Below are positions 23,772-32,532 of a stretch of DNA of 64,000 nt, in pieces. The stretch lies in the IMG/VR virus record IMGVR_UViG_3300043468_001158; one strand, given 5' to 3'. The notes under the pieces were generated by a model. That model had not been told where the DNA came from and did not search any database. It saw only the letters and a program-made list of their open reading frames with translations. How positions within the stretch are numbered: the stretch's first letter is position 1; each line of letters starts with the position of its first letter. Position numbers and translations under genes: made by a program. The DNA is from a virus. Taxonomy: Duplodnaviria > Caudoviricetes.

Positions 23772-26636
23772 ATGAAGTTCTCACACCTCACACCTAAAAA
23801 ATCTTCTACTGACACCGTCGATATGACTATATTGGAAATGGCAGCACCAAGAAAAAACAAAAGTGTTCAACCCGGTGGAAATGCTTTGGGTAATGGACCT
23901 GAAGCGGTTTCTGAAAAAATTCCAGAGTTCAAACCGAAAAGTTCATCACTTGAACAAACTGTTGAATTGTTTGAAGACATTCTCGAAAACATGGCAAATA
24001 AGCGTGACTTTAAACAGTACGCTGGTATGCTTTTGACCGGTGACCCAGGAACAGGTAAAACACAACGTATTAACTTACTTGCAAAAGTATTAGGTATTGA
24101 CCTTATTACTGTTGAAGCACCACATATTGTTGAAGAACATATTATCAATATTCCATTTATTGTTTTTGATACTTCAAAAAATAAAGAAACTGCTGAATCT
24201 ACTTCACTGAAACGATCAAAAGATAAAGAAAATAATTTATATAAAGTAGTATTAGCTGATAGCAATTTATATACTGCATTGAAAAAAGTTAATATTGTTT
24301 CAGATAATGAACATTTGAAAAATATATACAAAAACTCTAAAGATGTAATTGCGACATATGAAGCTTTAGGTGGAACTCCAACTGAATTACCAGAAGAGAT
24401 TTCAGATATTCGTAAACAATTCAAGGTTATTCTTTTTCTTGATGAATATTTTCGTCAAAATTCTCCGCGTATTAAAAATATGTTACGTGGCATTCTAAAT
24501 GGTAAGATTGGTAATCATGACATCCCAAAAAGTGCTTATGTTGTTTACGCTTCTAATATGCATGACGAAGGTCTTTCAGAAATACAAAAGAACTTCCAGT
24601 TTGAAAATGTTGAAATTAAAAACCCATCAAAAGACGAATGGTTTACTTGGTTAGTCAATAAGTTTGAAGATGATAAACACATTAGATTGAAACCTGCTTT
24701 AATCAATAGATTTCATCATATTTTAGATGATGAAGACATGAGCCATAACGATATTGCGTCTGATGTTAGAACTTCGCCACGTCGTTGGGAACAGTTATTA
24801 CTTTATATCAATGCATCGCTTCCGGCAAAAGATGAAAAAGATGCAATTAATTTGATGACAAACGTTAAAACTAATTTTAGAAATTATCTTGAAGGTGATC
24901 ATTCAAGTTTAGCTAAAAAAGTTCTTGAAGCTACAGCAACTTTGATACATGAAACTTCTGGATTTGAAGTTTCAGCTACAGCTCAAAACTCTGCATCTGA
25001 TTGGCGAAATACCTTAAAACATCAAATTGAAACCAAGATGAAACTTGGTGATATGCGTAAGTATGTTCCTATTATTGCTGGTCTTCCAGGTATCGGTAAA
25101 ACTGCACAAGCATATGATTTGGCTAAAGAATTAGATCTTCGCTTTATTGACCTTGATTGTTCAACACTTACTTCTGAAGATGTTTCAGGTTTACCATTAC
25201 CATCTTCAAATGAAGATGATCCAGATGGCATTGAAACAATTTTTTCAATGCCATCTTTATATCAGCTATTGATGCAAAAAATCAAGGAAGAAGATAAAAA
25301 GTATTTGAAGAAACTAGAAAAAGAATTTCCAAAAGATTTTAATGAAAAGAAAAAAGAATATGAATCTAGACAATATAAATATCTTATTTTCTTTGACGAG
25401 TTGAATAGAAATTCTCCAAAAGTATTCAACGGCATTAGACGAGTATTGCTTGAAAAGAACTTTGGACCAAGTGATAAAGGAAACGGAAAATTATTAGAAC
25501 TTCCATCTTCTGCTATTATGCTAGGTGCTATTAACCCTGATGATACTGGAGCTGAACGTCTTACTAAACATATGCAAGATGTTCTTGATATCATGGATGC
25601 AAAAAGTTCTTGGAAAGATACTTTAAGTTATTTATCTCATGAGAAAAACGAAATACCAGATGCGCCTAAAGAAATACATCAATTGTCTTTAGCAATTGTT
25701 AAATTATTGGCTAACAAATTTGAAACTAAATCGCCAGAAGTTGCGGCAGATCATCGTCCGTTCTTTTGGGACCTTGGAAAACATGGTGAAGGTCAAGAAA
25801 TTTATATTTCGCCGCGTGAATATAATCAGTTATATGTTGGTATGGGGAGATCTATTAATCGACAAATGAATAAGATTAAAAAACTTGATCTTAATTCGAT
25901 GAAGCAAGAAGAATTGATGCAATTAGAAGGTAAAGTACGTGCAAAGATTTTTAAAGCAATAAAGAAAAATACCAAATTTATTTTGTTTAAACATAACGCA
26001 GTTGAAGATTTCTTCTATCATGATTTAGAAGCATATATTATGCATAGTGATGATATTGATTTAGGTGAAAATTTCTTTTATAGAAAAGCAGTCAATGTTA
26101 AAGAAATTTCATTAGACAAAGTAATCGGAAAATATTTAGAAGGTGGTTCAGATAAAATAGCTGAAAATGATTCGTTTTTAGTTTATTTGCAAAATGCTGA
26201 CATTCAAACACTTAGAGAAAATTTAGCAGACGTACTTACTAGTAAAATTGATAATGATGCATCAGTAAAGAAATTTATCTTTGATCATGACCACCCTGTA
26301 CTAAGACTTGCTGTTAATGATAAACTGTTTACTAAAAAAGATTTGAGTAACGATGTACTTCCCAACGGGATTATATTAGATGAGTCTAAAAAAGTATCTT
26401 TACTTGAAAACTTTTTTAGAGGTGTTGCGTTTTCATTACAGATACATTCGATTGCGAACGATAGGATTAATGTCATATTGATCGCCGCATTAGATGCAGC
26501 TGGAGTTATCCACAAAAACTTCAAGACTGATCAAGAGGAAGAAGATGGCATTGAAAGTGAAATATCTAAGTTGCAAATCATGGCATCTAAAATCACAAAA
26601 CGTCTTGCAAAATCTGATGAATTGCCAGATGCATAA
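23772..26636 (+). CDS. Tandem (two-module) AAA+ ATPase, MoxR/dynein-related type
   Basis: Walker A GDPGTGKT and GLPGIGKT, Walker B ILFLDE and LIFFDELNR, sensor-1 ASN and AIN. Confidence 0.85.
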   Translation: MKFSHLTPKKSSTDTVDMTILEMAAPRKNKSVQPGGNALGNGPEAVSEKIPEFKPKSSSLEQTVELFEDILENMANKRDFKQYAGMLLTGDPGTGKTQRINLLAKVLGIDLITVEAPHIVEEHIINIPFIVFDTSKNKETAESTSLKRSKDKENNLYKVVLADSNLYTALKKVNIVSDNEHLKNIYKNSKDVIATYEALGGTPTELPEEISDIRKQFKVILFLDEYFRQNSPRIKNMLRGILNGKIGNHDIPKSAYVVYASNMHDEGLSEIQKNFQFENVEIKNPSKDEWFTWLVNKFEDDKHIRLKPALINRFHHILDDEDMSHNDIASDVRTSPRRWEQLLLYINASLPAKDEKDAINLMTNVKTNFRNYLEGDHSSLAKKVLEATATLIHETSGFEVSATAQNSASDWRNTLKHQIETKMKLGDMRKYVPIIAGLPGIGKTAQAYDLAKELDLRFIDLDCSTLTSEDVSGLPLPSSNEDDPDGIETIFSMPSLYQLLMQKIKEEDKKYLKKLEKEFPKDFNEKKKEYESRQYKYLIFFDELNRNSPKVFNGIRRVLLEKNFGPSDKGNGKLLELPSSAIMLGAINPDDTGAERLTKHMQDVLDIMDAKSSWKDTLSYLSHEKNEIPDAPKEIHQLSLAIVKLLANKFETKSPEVAADHRPFFWDLGKHGEGQEIYISPREYNQLYVGMGRSINRQMNKIKKLDLNSMKQEELMQLEGKVRAKIFKAIKKNTKFILFKHNAVEDFFYHDLEAYIMHSDDIDLGENFFYRKAVNVKEISLDKVIGKYLEGGSDKIAENDSFLVYLQNADIQTLRENLADVLTSKIDNDASVKKFIFDHDHPVLRLAVNDKLFTKKDLSNDVLPNGIILDESKKVSLLENFFRGVAFSLQIHSIANDRINVILIAALDAAGVIHKNFKTDQEEEDGIESEISKLQIMASKITKRLAKSDELPDA

Positions 26637-26652
26637 AAAATTGTAAAAGTTG

Positions 26653-26681
26653 TTTACATTTGCCCTACATTAGAGTATAAT
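26653..26681 (+). promoter_or_regulatory. Early sigma70-type promoter
   Basis: TTTACA-N17-TATAAT (AGAGTATAAT). Confidence 0.8.
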
Positions 26682-26715
26682 AAAATCATATTCTAACATG
26701 TAGGGTAAATGTCAA

Positions 26716-27369
26716 ATGTTGAACTCGATGAATAACGTTGGTGGCTACTCCCAAAAAGATAAACAAATACAAGACGAACGTGAAAGAGTTCATCGTTTCA
26801 TTGCAACACGAGCACTAAGAACTGACAAACGTGAACTAACAGTTGATAGTTATGGTTTTGTCAATCTGAATGTAGTAGAATTTACAGTTGAAAAAGAACT
26901 GACTACTGGAGATATTGACCATCGTAAGTTAGGTTTTCACTTTGGTGCAGTTCGTAACATCTCCTTTAAAAGATTAGGATTAGACTCGCTTTATGCTTTT
27001 CCATACTTAGCTAATATGGTCGATGCTAGCGAGAACAACATCTCATCTATCAATGAATTGCCAATGTGCAAATACAAGACATTGAACCTTTCAAAAAATC
27101 CAATCACTTCTCTACACGGTATTGCAGGTAAGCTAACCGAATGTACACTCCTCGCAATTCCTGACACTGTCAGAAGTCATATCTTAGGTCTGCTAAAAGT
27201 CAAAGGTTTGAAAACTGTTGTAACAACAGAGTTTCTTACGAAAGATAAAGTTGAATTATTTCTAATGCTAAAAATTGTCAATAAGCATTTATCTTCTAAA
27301 AACCCTAACATGATTGATTGCCAACGAGAACTAATTGAAAATGATTTAGATGAATACGCTGAAATGTGA
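26716..27369 (+). CDS. Leucine-rich-repeat-like protein (paralog 1)
   Basis: VDASENNISSI, LNLSKNPITSLHGI; C-terminus CQRELIENDLDEYAE. Confidence 0.65.
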   Translation: MLNSMNNVGGYSQKDKQIQDERERVHRFIATRALRTDKRELTVDSYGFVNLNVVEFTVEKELTTGDIDHRKLGFHFGAVRNISFKRLGLDSLYAFPYLANMVDASENNISSINELPMCKYKTLNLSKNPITSLHGIAGKLTECTLLAIPDTVRSHILGLLKVKGLKTVVTTEFLTKDKVELFLMLKIVNKHLSSKNPNMIDCQRELIENDLDEYAEM

Positions 27370-27433
27370 AGTTCTTCACAACATGAACCATACTTCGTAT
27401 GGTATAATATACCTATAATTTGATAAAGGAGTA

Positions 27434-27670
27434 ATGACGATGTACGTACCGGAAAGAGTTTATAATCACTTGCCAGAGTTTTGGTTAGGTTGTGCAATTG
27501 CATCAATCTTCATTGGGGTAAATGCAATTCTTGGCAGTTTGATGTTTGCTGCAATTTGTGGAACTATATTGACCATGCGTGGTAAGTGGCATATGGCTTT
27601 CTTGTTGCTTACATTCTATTTTGTGTTTTTAATGCTAGTTGCTGCTTCTCCAAAGATTGGTATTTGGTAA
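27434..27670 (+). CDS. Small membrane protein
   Basis: AAGGAG RBS and about three hydrophobic segments. Confidence 0.6.
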   Translation: MTMYVPERVYNHLPEFWLGCAIASIFIGVNAILGSLMFAAICGTILTMRGKWHMAFLLLTFYFVFLMLVAASPKIGIW

Positions 27671-27674
27671 GGAA

Positions 27675-28253
27675 ATGAAAGCTTCTGAAATTGAAAGACT
27701 GATTGGGGAATCTGGCTTAGCACCCTTTCTTTCTCTCAATTCAAACGGTCGAGTTGATTGTGAAAAAGTAGATTTGAAATTTTCATCTATCAATTGGCGA
27801 TATTTAGTAGAAGATAATGAGCTAAAGTTCCCATTTGGTATAGTTGTCGGTTTTGATGTTTCTAATTGTAATTTGAAGTCAATGAAGAACTTTCCACTTG
27901 AATGTTGTGGTGATTTTAGAGCAAGACATAATGAATTGACTTCGATTAAAGGTATTCCTCCACGAGCTCAAATGATTGATTTACGATACAATCCAATCAC
28001 TTCATTTGAAGGTATCGGAACTAAGGTCAAATCATGCAAATCATTGTGGATGCCTGCAATTGAATCTCATATGCTTGGTGTTCTACAAATCAAAGACTTA
28101 CGAAGTTTATACCTTCAAACTATTGATATGTCAATGGATACTTATAGAGCATTTCAAATTGTTCTAAAGTATATTGACCCTAAAAATCGAAACATTGTAC
28201 AGTGTCAACGAGAACTAATTGAAAATGATTTGGACGAGTACGCTGAATTCTAA
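27675..28253 (+). CDS. Leucine-rich-repeat-like protein (paralog 2)
   Basis: FDVSNCNLKSM, FRARHNELTSI, IDLRYNPITSFEGI, with the same C-terminus. Start moved to ATG 27675. Confidence 0.65.
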   Translation: MKASEIERLIGESGLAPFLSLNSNGRVDCEKVDLKFSSINWRYLVEDNELKFPFGIVVGFDVSNCNLKSMKNFPLECCGDFRARHNELTSIKGIPPRAQMIDLRYNPITSFEGIGTKVKSCKSLWMPAIESHMLGVLQIKDLRSLYLQTIDMSMDTYRAFQIVLKYIDPKNRNIVQCQRELIENDLDEYAEF

Positions 28254-29947
28254 GAAGCCATGTATTGGTCTAATTGTTGTTCTGACGGACCAGATTTTCT
28301 GAAATGATGAAGAAAACCTGAACCACCGGGAGTTCCTTTCCTCATACCTTCTTGACCTTGACCATGTGACATATACATGAACTCTGCACGGGTTAAAGAT
28401 GAGTACCCTTGAGTATATGCATTATTACAAACTTGTCCTTTATTAGCACCGGCGATAGTTCCATTTGCATGAAAACTATCGTAACCTTTACCTTCATACT
28501 TTACCATTCTTAACATTGCTTTAGTAGCAAGTTCAACATTGCATCGTTGTTCACACGTAGGCGAAGCTATTCCTATTTCAGCATAAAATTTCCCAGCCGT
28601 TGCAGGCTGCATTTGAAATAAACCAAGAGCATGTGATTCAGGGTTTTTCTTATGCGCATCAGCATACTGGTTATAGGTACTTTCTAAGAATGCAATCTTA
28701 ACCATGTAGCGTGCTTCTTCTTGTGTTGCTCCGTTTGCTAAAGCTACGTCTTTGATTTGTTTTGCTATTTGATTTTGCGGAGGTGGAGTCCATCCTGGTG
28801 GCATACAATCACCACCCGGCATTACTCTTCCCGGTTTTACCCCAACAACCTTATCTTCAGCATTAGCGGGTTCAGTCAATAGTGGAATTGGCTTACAGTC
28901 TTCAGCTGCCTGAACTTTTTCTTGGGTAATACCTTTGTCTGTGTTCTGAACAGTTTGCACATTTGTAGGTGGAACGTTAGGGTCTGTTGCTCCTTGTTCT
29001 GCTCCAGCTGCAATTTTGATTTTGCCATTGATATACTTCATTGGGTCATCATGAGTAGTACCACCAAGTTTTACTTCAAAGTGTAAATGATTTCCGCGTG
29101 AAGCTCCAGTATTACCTTCATGGCCAATTACATCGCCTGCTTTTACAGTTTGGTCTTTTTCAACATATATTTCCCTAAGATGACCGTATAGAGTTGTTGC
29201 CAATAATTTGCCTGATGAATTGACATGCTTTATCAATATCATATTACCATAACTTTTATCGTTGGGCGCACGTGGTTTAACGACCTGCTGAACAACACCA
29301 TCAGCAGCAGCTAGGATTTTACCTTTACCACCGGTTGCTAAATCAACCCCTTTATGAAACTGTCTTTCGTGTGTGTCTCCTCTAATTCGCCACCCATAAC
29401 CTGATGTCATTACTGCACTGGGATTAGGATGTATCAATCGAAGGTCATCATCGTTACACTTCTTTGGTACTATCTGATATGTCTTCTCATCAATGGTGTT
29501 CTTGTTGGGGTCACTTGCTACAATTTCCAGCTCTGGAATATCCGCTTGTGCTCGTGCTTTGAGTGTTGCAGTAAAAGTCTTCTTTTCAAACTCGTCTTTG
29601 ACGGTTCCGCTCAAATGACCGGTTGAGTTATCATAAGTTAGACCTAAGTCAGCTGGAGTTTTGACATTACCTTGTTCATCTTTGATAACAAAGTCCCAAG
29701 TAACTGGGTGACTGCCATCAGACATTTTGAACGTCGTATCAACTTTCATCTTACAATCAACTGGAATTGAACCTGTAACGATGTGATCTTTTGGCGCAGT
29801 TGAGCCAGGTTCTGGTTGGGGAGGCTGTGGTCCTATACGTTTGACAAAGCATTCATCAGTCTCACCTTTGAGCTGAATTGCCGGAACATCAGTCCATTCT
29901 CCATCTACATTTTCTGAAGCTTTAGCTCCTGAGCACCCACATCCCAT
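28250..29947 (-). CDS. Multidomain peptidoglycan hydrolase: Ig-like + M23 peptidase + SLT/lysozyme-like
   Basis: LGLTYDNSTGHLSGT (Ig-like); HKGVD, YGHL, HLHFEV (M23); IAFLEST...GLFQ (catalytic Glu of the SLT fold). Confidence 0.85.
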   Translation of the reverse strand: MGCGCSGAKASENVDGEWTDVPAIQLKGETDECFVKRIGPQPPQPEPGSTAPKDHIVTGSIPVDCKMKVDTTFKMSDGSHPVTWDFVIKDEQGNVKTPADLGLTYDNSTGHLSGTVKDEFEKKTFTATLKARAQADIPELEIVASDPNKNTIDEKTYQIVPKKCNDDDLRLIHPNPSAVMTSGYGWRIRGDTHERQFHKGVDLATGGKGKILAAADGVVQQVVKPRAPNDKSYGNMILIKHVNSSGKLLATTLYGHLREIYVEKDQTVKAGDVIGHEGNTGASRGNHLHFEVKLGGTTHDDPMKYINGKIKIAAGAEQGATDPNVPPTNVQTVQNTDKGITQEKVQAAEDCKPIPLLTEPANAEDKVVGVKPGRVMPGGDCMPPGWTPPPQNQIAKQIKDVALANGATQEEARYMVKIAFLESTYNQYADAHKKNPESHALGLFQMQPATAGKFYAEIGIASPTCEQRCNVELATKAMLRMVKYEGKGYDSFHANGTIAGANKGQVCNNAYTQGYSSLTRAEFMYMSHGQGQEGMRKGTPGGSGFLHHFRKSGPSEQQLDQYMAS

Positions 29948-30237
29948 TATTCATGTACCTCATTTGACCATTTGATGATTGCATTTAGTTGTTCTTCAAG
30001 TCGAAGTGTTCTTTCTTCAGACTTCAATATCCATTCAGCTACATCACGTTGAGTAGCTCTATTCACATTTAGTGGCATCACTGGAGTTGGCATAAGAAGA
30101 AGTTCAGCTGGCGGTTTGACCACAACTCGTTCGACTTTGACAACAGTCTTAACTTCACCAGGAACAAGAACACTTTCGTTTGAACCGTTAGAAGCACAAC
30201 CGCTCAATGCTAAAGCAAGCAATAGAAAGTATTTCAT
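29947..30237 (-). CDS. o-spanin (Rz1-like lipoprotein)
   Basis: MKYFLLLALALSGC lipobox, Pro-rich PPAELLLMPTP, directly downstream of the i-spanin. Confidence 0.8.
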   Translation of the reverse strand: MKYFLLLALALSGCASNGSNESVLVPGEVKTVVKVERVVVKPPAELLLMPTPVMPLNVNRATQRDVAEWILKSEERTLRLEEQLNAIIKWSNEVHE

Positions 30238-30725
30238 TTGACACCTCTTGATTGACGTAATGCCTGAACTTGTCTAACAGTTTCACGAAGAACTGGAGCA
30301 ACTTCTCCATCTTCAAGATGTGATACTTGATTACCTATCTTAGATAAAGCATTTGCATTAGCTCTCATTTGAGCATTGAAGCCTTCTACTAATTGAACTA
30401 CTTGTTCTCTGTCTCGTTGAAGCTGTTCATAGATAGCTTGATTTTCCTGATTGAGCTTGATAAGGTCGTTTGTCTGGTCAATCAATCTTTTGGATTGTTC
30501 CTGAACTTCAACGATTTGACTTTGAGCTTTAGCAACTTCTTCAGCTGCTTGCTTGTTCTTGTGGTTTAGATAGAGGATGTATCCACCAGCTCCTGTTAGA
30601 GCTGCAGCAAGAACTGCGATTGTCCAGCCTCGTTTGACGATGCCAGTGCCTGCAGTCCAGTAAAGTTTGATAGCATCCCATGATTGGCGAAAGTAGCCAA
30701 CAGCTTTTTCTTGTGCTTTGTCCAT
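30234..30725 (-). CDS. i-spanin (Rz-like)
   Basis: Single N-terminal TM helix (WTIAVLAAALTGAGGYILYL) followed by a long coiled-coil; ATGA overlap with the o-spanin. Confidence 0.8.
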   Translation of the reverse strand: MDKAQEKAVGYFRQSWDAIKLYWTAGTGIVKRGWTIAVLAAALTGAGGYILYLNHKNKQAAEEVAKAQSQIVEVQEQSKRLIDQTNDLIKLNQENQAIYEQLQRDREQVVQLVEGFNAQMRANANALSKIGNQVSHLEDGEVAPVLRETVRQVQALRQSRGVK

Positions 30726-30739
30726 ATAGTGTTATGATG

Positions 30740-31285
30740 TTATGGTTGAATGATACAGCGATATTGAACTCCATATTCTTGAACAAGAACTCGTTCAAGT
30801 TCTGCTGGGTTCAGACCAGTTTCGGTGATGTCCATGCCACCCATCTTCCAAACTTTTGCTGCAAGTTCTGAACAGAATTCGCCAGTAGCAAGTACAATGT
30901 TTGGAAGTTTCAAGTACTGTCTAACACCTGAAATGAATGCTCTTACGTAACTGTATTCTGCAGTTCCAACTCGTTCAACAAGAGAACCGGAAAACAGTCC
31001 GAACTTTACATGCTCAGGTTTTGCAAGAACATGTAATGGGTGCTTTTGATAGACTGAAAGAGGTGTGATGCGACGAGTAGCATCATAAGCTTCTACAACA
31101 AAAAGTCTCTTTTCACCATGTCCAGTGGATAACCAAATGGCTATGCAGGTATGATAGATAGGAGACTTAGACCAAGTTGTAATTAGCTTTTGAAGTAAAG
31201 ATGTTTTGTCTTCACGACGGAGAACCGAAATAATGTCTCCATCTTGTATGAGAGTTCTTGCTTGTTCATATGATATTGGAGTCAT
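30740..31285 (-). CDS. Permuted papain-like NlpC/P60 (YiiX/YaeF-type) hydrolase
   Basis: QDGDII, IYHTCI (His first), FCSELAA.VW (Cys last). Confidence 0.75.
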   Translation of the reverse strand: MTPISYEQARTLIQDGDIISVLRREDKTSLLQKLITTWSKSPIYHTCIAIWLSTGHGEKRLFVVEAYDATRRITPLSVYQKHPLHVLAKPEHVKFGLFSGSLVERVGTAEYSYVRAFISGVRQYLKLPNIVLATGEFCSELAAKVWKMGGMDITETGLNPAELERVLVQEYGVQYRCIIQP

Positions 31286-31304
31286 TTGATGTTATCCTTA
31301 GTTG

Positions 31305-31538
31305 TTATGCGATGCGAGCTTTTCCTGTTTGAGGAGTTGACCAACTGACAACAACGGTGTTAGCATCAGTGCAAACAACACTATAAGGGATAACGGTTTC
31401 AAGGTTTCCATCTACATAAACCATTGCATCAACTGCAACAGGATTCTTGTTCAAGTTATGAACAATTGTCCAAGTATCACTTGCAGTATTCTGCACATGA
31501 GCTAAACTTAATATACCAGGTTGAGGAACAAATACCAT
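31305..31538 (-). CDS. Single-domain virion accessory protein (HxQ..S..W.I.HNL domain)
   Basis: HVQNTASDTWTIVHNLN...PYSVVCTDANTVVVSW..PQTGKA. Confidence 0.65.
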   Translation of the reverse strand: MVFVPQPGILSLAHVQNTASDTWTIVHNLNKNPVAVDAMVYVDGNLETVIPYSVVCTDANTVVVSWSTPQTGKARIA

Positions 31539-31543
31539 GTTGA

Positions 31544-31777
31544 TTATCCTACCAGGTGTGCTTTACCTGAAAACGGTTGCGAGAAAAAGATTTTGACACG
31601 ACTATTAGTAATGCGTTCAATTGACATTGGTAACATCTTTTCAAGAGTTCCGTTATTGTCAATCATTACATCAACTATTGGTGCAAAATCCATCTTATAG
31701 TCAATATCCCACTCTGTACTTGGAGTTGTCTGCGTGTGGGTATATTCTTTTGCCAATTTAAGAGTATAAGTTCCCAT
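31544..31777 (-). CDS. Single-domain virion accessory protein (same domain family)
   Basis: HTQTTPSTEWDIDY...PMSIERITNSRVKIFFSQPFSGKA. Confidence 0.65.
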   Translation of the reverse strand: MGTYTLKLAKEYTHTQTTPSTEWDIDYKMDFAPIVDVMIDNNGTLEKMLPMSIERITNSRVKIFFSQPFSGKAHLVG

Positions 31778-31782
31778 AGAAA

Positions 31783-32385
31783 TTACACCAATTTAGCAAC
31801 ACCAGTTTGTGGTGTAGTGAATGACAAAGTAACTTGATTACTTGAATTGTGGAAAATAGACGATGGTTGTATTTCATACGAACCAGAGAATACACGAGCA
31901 ATTGGTGCGTATCCTAAGTTATGTGTAATAACCCAACTTGTAGAAGGAGTAGTTTGATGAAACTCTAAAGCATATGTTGGTTTTTGAGCCCCGTCTAAAG
32001 AACCTGAAAGAATAACTGCACGACCTGCTGCATTACCACCAAAGTCAATAGTGATTTGAGAAGCACTATTGATAGTGACTACGTTAGGAATAACCATTTG
32101 ACTATTACCATCAAATACTTGAACAAGAACATAAGCAGTATTCAGAGGGTGATTGATAATCCATTCGTTACTTGCGACATCCTGAACGTGAACATACATT
32201 TCGATTTCGCGAGTAAGTGGAACCCAAATTGGAAGACCACCAGAAATTTGAATGCAGATATAAACTACACTGTTCTTGAATACTAATTGACCGACTTTTG
32301 GGTTAGCGGGCCAATCATATTCCGTTTGCATTACTGCCTGTTGGATTTCATTTTGGTTAAGAGCAATATCGCCATAGAATCTCAT
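31783..32385 (-). CDS. Virion accessory protein with two copies of the same domain
   Basis: HVQDVASNEWIINHPLN and HQTTPSTSWVITHNLG. Confidence 0.7.
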   Translation of the reverse strand: MRFYGDIALNQNEIQQAVMQTEYDWPANPKVGQLVFKNSVVYICIQISGGLPIWVPLTREIEMYVHVQDVASNEWIINHPLNTAYVLVQVFDGNSQMVIPNVVTINSASQITIDFGGNAAGRAVILSGSLDGAQKPTYALEFHQTTPSTSWVITHNLGYAPIARVFSGSYEIQPSSIFHNSSNQVTLSFTTPQTGVAKLV

Positions 32386-32437
32386 GATTAGTGTTCCTTT
32401 TGAAATAGGGGGTGTGAGGATTATAATAAACTATCTG

Positions 32438-32445
32438 TATTTATC
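32438..32445 (-). promoter_or_regulatory. T4-type late promoter motif (GATAAATA)
   Basis: 53 bp upstream of ATG 32385. Confidence 0.5.
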
Positions 32446-32471
32446 AACTTTCCTCACAAACATAGGATAAC

Positions 32472-32497
32472 AAAAAGGGTCTCCGAAAAGACCCTTT
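32472..32497 (-). terminator. Rho-independent terminator after the 828-aa fibre
   Basis: Minus strand AAAGGGTCT-TTTCGG-AGACCCTTT, then TT. Confidence 0.8.
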
Positions 32498-32532
32498 CTA
32501 TTTTTACTTAATTGTAAGTATTAAGACTTAGC

